From positions 1-64,000 of the IMG/VR virus record IMGVR_UViG_3300027771_001853: a stretch of DNA of 64,000 bases; one strand, 5' to 3'. The first letter of the stretch is position 1, and each line of letters begins with the position of its first letter. Shown here one piece after another: positions 57,192 through 64,000 of this stretch. A program made the position numbers and the translations under genes. A model generated the notes under the pieces. That model was not told the DNA's origin and did no database searches. It saw nothing but the letters and a program-made list of their open reading frames with translations.

Positions 57192-58219
57192 TATAGTATA
57201 TTTTCTAATATTACATTTGAGACTTTGTAGGGGTCAGCGTTAGAAGCTGGTCTTCTATCTTCTAAATAACCTTTTTGGTCTAGGTGGGTTTTAATCGGTA
57301 TCCTTATACTAGCTCCTCTATCTGAAACACCATAACTAAATGTTTTAATTGATTGGGTTTCATGAAGACCTGTTAGTCTTTCTTCATTCTTAGAACCATA
57401 CTCTTTAATATTCTTTTTATGGTTTTTCTTAAAGTTTTCACATATATCCATAAACAAATCTGAACCACCTTCTTCTCTCATTTTAGAACTAGAAAAATTA
57501 CAATGCATACCTGAACCATTCCAATCCCCTTTAACTGGTTTCGGGTGAAGTTCTACCTTTACGTTATACTTTTCGGATATCCTATACAATAAGAACCTAC
57601 TCAACCATAAATCATCGGAAGCTTTCTTAGCTCCTTGACCAAATAACTGATATTCCCATTGACCTAACATAACCTCAGCGTTTATACCGGTTAAACCTAG
57701 GTTAGCTTGTAAACAAACCTCTAAATGTTCTTCAGCTATATCCCTACCTACCGCATTTTCAGTACCAATACCACAATAATACTGACCTTGTGGTTCAGGG
57801 TAACCAGTAACTGGGAAACCTAAAGGTTTTGCGTCGGACATTAATGTGTATTCTTGTTCGAAACCAAACCAAATATCTTCGTCAACATCTAGAAGATGTC
57901 TCTTATTGCTTATATGTGGGTTACCATCTGGATTTAATACCTCACATAAAACTAAAAATCCGTCATGTCTTTGTGGGTCACTAATAACCCTTACTGGTTT
58001 TAATACACAATCAGAATCACTCCCTTCTGCTTGTTGTGTACTACTTCCATCAAAAGACCATTCTGGTAATTCTTCAACTTTAGGTATTGCACTACCGTTT
58101 ACTGTTTGTTCGTGTATTACTGTTGTATATGGGTCGAAATCCCATACTTTAGTTTTACTCCTTAAGTTTGGTTCTGGTTTATAACCATCCAACCAAATAT
58201 ACTCTAATTTAACTTTCAT
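57191..58219 (-). CDS. glnII: Glutamine synthetase type II
   Basis: EYIWLDG, WSFDGSST.QA, GFEQEY, NAEVM.GQWE, GDWNGSGMH, LTGLHET, DRGASIRIP, EDRRPASNADPY. Confidence 0.93.
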   Translation of the reverse strand: MKVKLEYIWLDGYKPEPNLRSKTKVWDFDPYTTVIHEQTVNGSAIPKVEELPEWSFDGSSTQQAEGSDSDCVLKPVRVISDPQRHDGFLVLCEVLNPDGNPHISNKRHLLDVDEDIWFGFEQEYTLMSDAKPLGFPVTGYPEPQGQYYCGIGTENAVGRDIAEEHLEVCLQANLGLTGINAEVMLGQWEYQLFGQGAKKASDDLWLSRFLLYRISEKYNVKVELHPKPVKGDWNGSGMHCNFSSSKMREEGGSDLFMDICENFKKNHKKNIKEYGSKNEERLTGLHETQSIKTFSYGVSDRGASIRIPIKTHLDQKGYLEDRRPASNADPYKVSNVILENIL

Positions 58220-58327
58220 CTATTTAAAACTTTATGTTTAGTTTATTAAAACAACTTTCTTGTCATTTCAATTATACTAAATAAAACTTTAAAAGGTAAG
58301 TTTACTAATAAGAAATTTATTTTTTGG

Positions 58328-58615
58328 TTACTCTTTATGAGATTTCCCTACCCTTCTCATTAATTTAAATTCGTAATCGTTATCGTTAGCCCAGTTTTCA
58401 ATATCGAAAATCGATACACTCATACCTGTACCAAAAGGAAGTTCCCGATGTTCACCCATTTTACTATCAACATGTACTATATTTTCACTCGGTGATTGGT
58501 AGATATTAATCGTTTTAGGGTTTTTGCCCCAACCCCCCTGGTTAGATAACCTAACATGACTCATCATCCCTAGGTAATCCTTTATCTCCAATTCTATTAA
58601 TGGCATAAGTTTCAT
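58328..58615 (-). CDS. Hypothetical phage protein
   Basis: Start at MKLMPLIELE, 5 nt after TATTTAT (58621-58627). Confidence 0.6.
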   Translation of the reverse strand: MKLMPLIELEIKDYLGMMSHVRLSNQGGWGKNPKTINIYQSPSENIVHVDSKMGEHRELPFGTGMSVSIFDIENWANDNDYEFKLMRRVGKSHKE

Positions 58616-58647
58616 ACCCAATAAATACTATCTATACATATAATGGG

Positions 58648-60453
58648 TTAAAATGGTAAGTCATCATTAAATTCATAAAACTCCACATTTTTAGTTAACT
58701 TATAAGAATCTTTAACATATTCAGTCTCCACACTATGTGGAACTAAGTTTAACTCATCACTGTTAGGGTATTTTTTAATGTTACAATAAAGTTTAGTCTT
58801 AAACTGACTAATAACTTCTTCCCAATCATTAGTTAACGACACATTTCTTTTTAATCTATTTTGTGGGTTAAGTGATTTTCCTTCATACCTAAACTCACAT
58901 GTAGCTCTTTCACCACCATCAGGGTCACCTTTCCTTATAGAGATAATATAACAATTTTTCTGTGTGACATACGTACGAACACAACTTGTTTGGTGTTGTC
59001 CTTCTTTAAAGTAATCTAAATCACTTTTTAATAGGATTGGATAGTAACCCACATCTTTTACCTTTATTCTTTCTGGTATTGCCTTTATAAGTGTTTCGTC
59101 GTGAATTAACACCGTCCTTGTATTACTTTCATGGTAATGTAGCTTAGTTGCCCAATCTGAATGTTCTTCGGTAAATTCATCCATGTTTTTCGCCTTTATC
59201 TTTACTTTTTCGTTGTACTTGTTGTTAAGTTTGTGTCTTTGGTTTAAATGGTCCATTAGTTCGGTCCACCTTAACTTTACTAGATTTTTCCCATCATTTA
59301 AAATTTTAACAATATTTCTTTTCTCATATGTCGTTAACCCTTCACCATACTCATGTTGAGCAAAATCCGGTAATAGACCGTCCCTTTGTTCTTTATATTC
59401 TTTAGTGTCTTTATGGAAATAAGAATGATTAACATTTTTTATAAAATCTAACCCCAGTACTTTTTGGATGGCAGCGAATTCAGGGTAACTCAAATCCGGA
59501 TTCTGATTGAATACCCCTATGTTTGATTTACTCTTTATATTATAGTAATCTAATGTAGCGGCAACCAACTTCATTTTATTTCTCTTTATCTTCCTCATCC
59601 CAGGATAAAAAGTGGTTAACACGTGTCCCCAAAGGTTAGGGCATTTTATCTTTTTTGCCTTCACAAACCAAGCTGCTGACATTAAATGTATAACATTATG
59701 AAAATTAGCAGCATCTAATGTGACATTACTATGGAACCCAAAACAACTTTTAAATTGTTCTTCTAGTTCTTTTATAGTGTAGTCTTTTGATAGTACTTTG
59801 TAATAGATTTGTGATTGTATGTGTGTTAATGCGGTTGCTATTTCTATTTGTATTTGGGACTTGGCTAAAGCAGTCTTAATATAAGGGGTCTTATCCGTGG
59901 TGGTTACACTAAAGTTCGGTATCCTCATAAAAGATAATAGTTCCTCGTATGATATCTGTTGTGGTGGGGGCACAATTAATGGATTTTTATTTGTACTAGT
60001 CCTCATCTTTCTTTTATAAAAATTACTAGTAGTGTAGTAGAAGTCTCCAGTCTTTAAATTAAAAGTAACATAATAATTTTCTCTATGTTTATGAAAGTGT
60101 TTTTTACCCACCCTCCTAAGCTTTTGGAATTTGTATATCCCTAACCGGACTTTGTCTTCACCATCTTGTTCCAAAACTATAGTTAATCTTTTAGTGTGAG
60201 CTTCATAACAATCATCAAAAGCTAACTTTAACCACTTTTGTTCTTCCACATTATCAAAAACTTTATCTATTGTCCATACTCCGAGTGATGGGTCCTTTAA
60301 ATTTTTTTCCTGGTCACCCCATGGGTACTCATTTGTTTTTTTTTTGGAAATTTCACTAACTTTTTCCAAATCAGAATAAGGTTTATAACGTATAAGTGTC
60401 AAATTTTCCCACTTAAATTTAGCTAATTCTTTAGTGTCTTTCCTTTTTTCCAT
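58648..60453 (-). CDS. PcfJ-like domain protein
   Basis: C-terminal EH...EGQHQTSCVRTY...ISIR...ATCE. Confidence 0.65.
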   Translation of the reverse strand: MEKRKDTKELAKFKWENLTLIRYKPYSDLEKVSEISKKKTNEYPWGDQEKNLKDPSLGVWTIDKVFDNVEEQKWLKLAFDDCYEAHTKRLTIVLEQDGEDKVRLGIYKFQKLRRVGKKHFHKHRENYYVTFNLKTGDFYYTTSNFYKRKMRTSTNKNPLIVPPPQQISYEELLSFMRIPNFSVTTTDKTPYIKTALAKSQIQIEIATALTHIQSQIYYKVLSKDYTIKELEEQFKSCFGFHSNVTLDAANFHNVIHLMSAAWFVKAKKIKCPNLWGHVLTTFYPGMRKIKRNKMKLVAATLDYYNIKSKSNIGVFNQNPDLSYPEFAAIQKVLGLDFIKNVNHSYFHKDTKEYKEQRDGLLPDFAQHEYGEGLTTYEKRNIVKILNDGKNLVKLRWTELMDHLNQRHKLNNKYNEKVKIKAKNMDEFTEEHSDWATKLHYHESNTRTVLIHDETLIKAIPERIKVKDVGYYPILLKSDLDYFKEGQHQTSCVRTYVTQKNCYIISIRKGDPDGGERATCEFRYEGKSLNPQNRLKRNVSLTNDWEEVISQFKTKLYCNIKKYPNSDELNLVPHSVETEYVKDSYKLTKNVEFYEFNDDLPF

Positions 60454-60741
60454 GTTAAAAATATACGTTTTTTACTTAATTTAACCAAATATTTTCAAAA
60501 GAATTTATTCTTTTTTGCCATCACTTGTAGGTAAAAAGTATAATTTTTTATCGAGTTTTTTAGTTTACTAATACAAAGTTAACACTTTTTTATTACTTTT
60601 AAGTCTATTTATGGATAGTTATTTTGAGGAAAAAACGTTTTTATGGATGGAAAAGTGTTGTGTGATGAGCAAAACATGAACCATAACATTAAAAACAAAA
60701 GCTCTTACAAAGCATAAACTAAATTAAAAAAAAATTGATTT

Positions 60742-60966
60742 ATGGATTCAGTAATGAAATACATCACAGGGTTTTTTAGTGGACTAGGGACAATTATGAT
60801 GGCCTTAGTACCAGTATCAATCATGTGGTATGTCTTGACTGGTGGAGCAATATTCAATATGGATGTAGTTGCAAACCTTACAGCACTAATCACCTCTATA
60901 GGTGAAGGTGGGTTTGTTGGCTTAATCGTATTAGTAATGTTGGCATCATTCTTTACTAAGAAGTAA
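60742..60966 (+). CDS. Small multi-TM membrane protein
   Basis: Hydrophobic, Gly-rich 74-aa ORF. Confidence 0.65.
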   Translation: MDSVMKYITGFFSGLGTIMMALVPVSIMWYVLTGGAIFNMDVVANLTALITSIGEGGFVGLIVLVMLASFFTKK

Positions 60967-61069
60967 TAGAGTGTATATTACTTAAGATTTTGATGGTTAC
61001 CTACTCCCATCTTAATTGAAAAGAAGTAAAAGTGTTAATTGGGTATAAAAGGATAAAAAAATATTTATA

Positions 61070-61495
61070 ATGAAAAAATTGATTTTAACATCCGCTATAG
61101 CATTCGCAACGTTATTTGCTTCAGCTCAGAATTTCATGGTCGTAACGACTTTTGATGGGGACCAAGAAGAAACTATGGATAAAGTATCACAAAACTTAGG
61201 TTTTGGTTACGCTTTAAACAACACATGGACTTTAGGTTTGATTCAAGCTGGAGAAGATATTGATGGTGAAATGACTTACGACTTATTTGGTCGTTACAAT
61301 TGGAACAAAGACATGTATGTATCTTTTCAAGCACCTACAGAAGAAACTATGGACAACTTAACTGTTGGACTTGGTTATTCTTACAATGTATGGAAAGGTC
61401 TTAATGTTGAACCAAACTATAGTATGGGATTAAAAGAAGATGAGGACGGAGAAAGAGAGGGAACTTTCAATCTTGGTTTATCATATAAATTCTAA
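61070..61495 (+). CDS. Small outer-membrane beta-barrel protein
   Basis: Signal peptide ending ASA-Q; amphipathic strands; C-terminal FNLGLSYKF. Confidence 0.78.
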   Translation: MKKLILTSAIAFATLFASAQNFMVVTTFDGDQEETMDKVSQNLGFGYALNNTWTLGLIQAGEDIDGEMTYDLFGRYNWNKDMYVSFQAPTEETMDNLTVGLGYSYNVWKGLNVEPNYSMGLKEDEDGEREGTFNLGLSYKF

Positions 61496-61608
61496 TATAG
61501 GAATTGTATTAAGTTGTTTAGGACGGTTGCAAATTAGTTAAAGTTTTTCCCGCAACCAAAGATGGAAACTAATTACGGATTTTAAATTACTTAAGTGTCA
61601 CAAAATAG

Positions 61609-61638
61609 AAACCCCCCCTGGAAACAGGTGGGGTTTTT
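61609..61638. terminator. Bidirectional intrinsic terminator
   Basis: AAACCCC-CCCTG-GAAA-CAGG-T-GGGGTTTTT between convergent genes. Confidence 0.75.
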
Positions 61639-61642
61639 ACTT

Positions 61643-62410
61643 TTATACATAATCTTCAGCTAATTCCCAAAGTTTTTTATTAACATCAACCTGTCTATCA
61701 ATATTGGTTAACTCTCTAGCTGTTTGATTTCTTCCATTCCTTAGTTTATAACTAAGACCACCTCTTATTAGTTTTTCTTGTACCACATTTAACACTTTCC
61801 ATAAACTATTACCTTCATCTTCTTCCCTCAAAGGATTTAATACGTCCTCCATAGATAATATATCGTTACCATCTTTCCATCTTGTCAATATAGCTTTTTT
61901 AGCGAAAGATATTTTTTCTTGTGGGTCCAACATCCTATCTTCAAACTTGGTGACCCTTCCGATTATTGTTGGGATTGATTCCACAACTTCGTCTGTTACT
62001 TCTTTAACTTGGTCTAAGTCGTACCATTGGTGTTTTATCCTAATTTGACCAAATGTCTGGTCAGCTACTATTAGACCGTTAGCACAAACCAACCTAAATA
62101 ATCCAGCGTGAAGACTAAAAGCGTTTCTACCATCATGTGAATTAGTCATTACTATTTCTGGTATAACTCCATTTATTTTTGACATCTTATCATTTCTAAA
62201 CCTTAACATGTGTTTAGTGTGTAACATATTTCCCTTAGATTTTCTTTGTTCTGCCTTATAGGGTAACCACCCTTGTCTTGCCATATCTTCTACCATTTGT
62301 AGGGTAGGTATAAATGTATATTTTTTGGAAACTTTTTCTGAAGGTTCTTCAGTAAACACTGAAGGTGCGTTGTTTTTAATTTCATCGTAAGTTAAAGGTT
62401 CATTTGTCAT
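61643..62410 (-). CDS. DUF932/DUF945 family protein
   Basis: APSVF..SKKYTFIPT..KHMLRFR..NSHDG..GLFRLVCANG..NVVQE. Confidence 0.85.
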   Translation of the reverse strand: MTNEPLTYDEIKNNAPSVFTEEPSEKVSKKYTFIPTLQMVEDMARQGWLPYKAEQRKSKGNMLHTKHMLRFRNDKMSKINGVIPEIVMTNSHDGRNAFSLHAGLFRLVCANGLIVADQTFGQIRIKHQWYDLDQVKEVTDEVVESIPTIIGRVTKFEDRMLDPQEKISFAKKAILTRWKDGNDILSMEDVLNPLREEDEGNSLWKVLNVVQEKLIRGGLSYKLRNGRNQTARELTNIDRQVDVNKKLWELAEDYV

Positions 62411-62444
62411 AATATATTTTATAGTTTTAGTTATTAATTCTATA

Positions 62445-62452
62445 CAAATATA
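62445..62452 (-). promoter_or_regulatory. Bacteroidota -7 promoter element TATATTTG
   Basis: TAnnTTTG upstream of 62410. Confidence 0.55.
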
Positions 62453-62476
62453 CTGATTTATCTTTAAATTACAAAG

Positions 62477-62650
62477 TTAATTCACTTTATTTTTAATATT
62501 TCTTAGAACCACACAAATCTCATATCTTTCCTCAAATTCAAAAAATTTCATAAGATTAGTAATTTCACCGTAATAAGGACTTGATACCCTATTTAGACAT
62601 AAATCATAGAACATCTGAATATTTACGTTGTAGTCGTCTCTAAACATCAT
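62477..62650 (-). CDS. Small protein (57 aa) with UVR-like EERYEIC motif
   Basis: Translated by hand; starts immediately after the clpP stop. Confidence 0.55.
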   Translation of the reverse strand: MMFRDDYNVNIQMFYDLCLNRVSSPYYGEITNLMKFFEFEERYEICVVLRNIKNKVN

Positions 62651-63334
62651 CTACTTCTTAATTTCTCTCTTAGATTTTACAATATCGTCAATGATACCAT
62701 ATTTCTTAGCTTCTTCCGCATTTAACCATAAATCTCTTTGGGCATCCTTTTCTACTCTTTTTGCTGTTTTACCACAGTATGCCCCTAGTAGTTTAAATAA
62801 CGTATCATTTACGTTTTCCCATTCTTTCATGGTAATTCTTGCGTCTTGTATATTACCTACAGCTCCACCACTTGATTGGTGTAACATTGTTCTACTAAAC
62901 CTTAAGGAGTACCTTTTTCCTTTGGTCCCGGCTCCTAATATTAAGGACCCCATTGATGCTGCCATACCGGTATTGATTGTTACTATGTCTGGTTTTACGT
63001 AATCCATAACATCTATAATGCTTAGACCAGATTTAACTGAACCACCTGGACTATCAACATGCATTGTTATATCGTCGTCACTTACACTATCTAAAAACAT
63101 TAGTTGTGCTTGTACCACAGTAGACATTCTGTCATTTACTTCACCTGCTACCCATAATAATCTATCCATCATTAATCTAGAAAACACGTCCATAGCTGTA
63201 ACATTTAATTGTCTTTCTTCTAAAATTAATGGTGTTAAACTATTTTCTATGTGTTGTTGGTATTGGTGTTGTTCTAACCCACTTATGCCGTGATTGTGTA
63301 ATGCGTATTTTTCAAATTCTTTTTTTATATCCAT
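62651..63334 (-). CDS. clpP: ATP-dependent Clp protease proteolytic subunit
   Basis: DVFSRL, DSPGGSV, GMAASMGS, MLHQ, RDLWL.AEEA..YGIID. Confidence 0.95.
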   Translation of the reverse strand: MDIKKEFEKYALHNHGISGLEQHQYQQHIENSLTPLILEERQLNVTAMDVFSRLMMDRLLWVAGEVNDRMSTVVQAQLMFLDSVSDDDITMHVDSPGGSVKSGLSIIDVMDYVKPDIVTINTGMAASMGSLILGAGTKGKRYSLRFSRTMLHQSSGGAVGNIQDARITMKEWENVNDTLFKLLGAYCGKTAKRVEKDAQRDLWLNAEEAKKYGIIDDIVKSKREIKK

Positions 63335-63345
63335 TTTGTTTTTTT

Positions 63346-64000
63346 TTAATAAGGTAAAAATTCTTTTAGTTTATTTAATCTTTCCCAAGGGAAATCTTTT
63401 GTTTTGTCATCTGGTTCAATTAAATGACCGAAGTGACCATTAAGTGAAGTTTTTAAATATATGGGATTTAAAAGTCCCATTTCTCTAATAGCGTCATCTA
63501 TATTTAAAGGAAATAAATCGAGAACTAAACTATAGATAAAGTCATGTGGGACAAATGGTTTTTCTCTACCGTAATCTAATGATAAAAATTTACCATCTGA
63601 TTGTCCAATAATAAAGGATATTCCTACAGTACATTCCTTTGCCCATCCTGCCGCTACTATATGTTTAGCTATCCATCTTGCTAGATAAGCTCCCGACCTA
63701 TCTACTTTAGATGGGTCTTTACCTGAAAAAGCTCCACCACCAACAGGACTATAGGGACCATATTGGTCAATCACTATCTTTCTTCCCGTTAAACCACAGT
63801 CAGCGTCAGGACCACCTACAGTCCATGGACCAGCTGGGTTAAATAAAAACTTAGTATCTTCATCAAAGTAATTTCTTATCTCTTCAGTTTCATCAACCAA
63901 CAAAGACACCATAAACTCCTTATTTCTATATTGTTTTGGGTCTATAAAAACTGGATGCATAGTAGAAATGACCATTTCTTTAACCTTTTGTGGTATACCA
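63346..64000 (-). CDS. metK: S-adenosylmethionine synthetase (5'-truncated by window edge)
   Basis: GGPDADCGLTGRKIVIDQYG..GGGAFSGKDPSKVDRSGAY..GHFG..PWE. Confidence 0.93.
   Translation of the reverse strand, partial: GIPQKVKEMVISTMHPVFIDPKQYRNKEFMVSLLVDETEEIRNYFDEDTKFLFNPAGPWTVGGPDADCGLTGRKIVIDQYGPYSPVGGGAFSGKDPSKVDRSGAYLARWIAKHIVAAGWAKECTVGISFIIGQSDGKFLSLDYGREKPFVPHDFIYSLVLDLFPLNIDDAIREMGLLNPIYLKTSLNGHFGHLIEPDDKTKDFPWERLNKLKEFLPY

Noticed and set aside
61525-61574. preQ1 or SAM-II/V riboswitch
   Set aside because: The loop consensus does not match and the element lies 3' of a gene with nothing downstream to regulate
2052-63293. Many short opposite-strand ORFs in the track (e.g. 2195-2518, 7202-7495, 14231-14602, 16924-17316, 34690-35046, 57846-58184, 62691-63002)
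   Set aside because: They lie antisense within longer motif-bearing genes and have the S/L/F/I-rich composition typical of shadow ORFs
1-64000. Bacterial chromosome interpretation
   Set aside because: Housekeeping genes are isolated singletons without operon context, mixed with tail-fibre, lysozyme, DUF3310, DUF932 and many small phage-like ORFs. No capsid or terminase gene is in the window, so the phage call is contextual
1-64000. Stop-codon reassignment (code 15/4) as in some huge phages
   Set aside because: Long genes, including the 10.8-kb ORF, are intact in code 11, and conserved genes end at expected positions, including TAG (clpP) and TGA stops

Overview
This is an AT-rich, gene-dense segment, mostly on the minus strand, that reads in standard code 11. 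It is best interpreted as part of a jumbo/mega-phage infecting Bacteroidota, probably Flavobacteriales. Evidence for that host: TAnnTTTG host-type promoters, no Shine-Dalgarno motifs, T9SS C-terminal domains, a TonB-dependent receptor, and Bacteroidota-style bS21, SufT, GS-II and DeoC. Host-like genes occur as isolated singletons (sod, nusG, cyclophilin, sufT, deoC, rpsU, trxA, glutaredoxins, glnII, clpP, metK) among phage hypotheticals, tail-fibre-like genes and several peptidoglycan hydrolases. Four observations stand out. (1) A 3602-aa ORF is built from about 15 modules whose boundaries carry [ILM]-x-E motifs, the T4-type prohead-protease site, suggesting a virion-cargo polyprotein. (2) About 15 genes behind a TATTTAT motif share an N-terminal MKxLIxxILxE-type leader, probably a capsid-targeting signal; they include SOD, a kinase, a DHH phosphoesterase, a lysozyme and an NDT-like enzyme next to DeoC. 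(3) A DUF2828 (TROVE/Ro60-like, vWA) gene is followed by two copies of a structured RNA motif. (4) An ~11-kb cassette encodes secreted and outer-membrane proteins, including T9SS substrates. All family assignments come from motifs read by eye; no database searches were run. No tRNA, rRNA or CRISPR array was seen.
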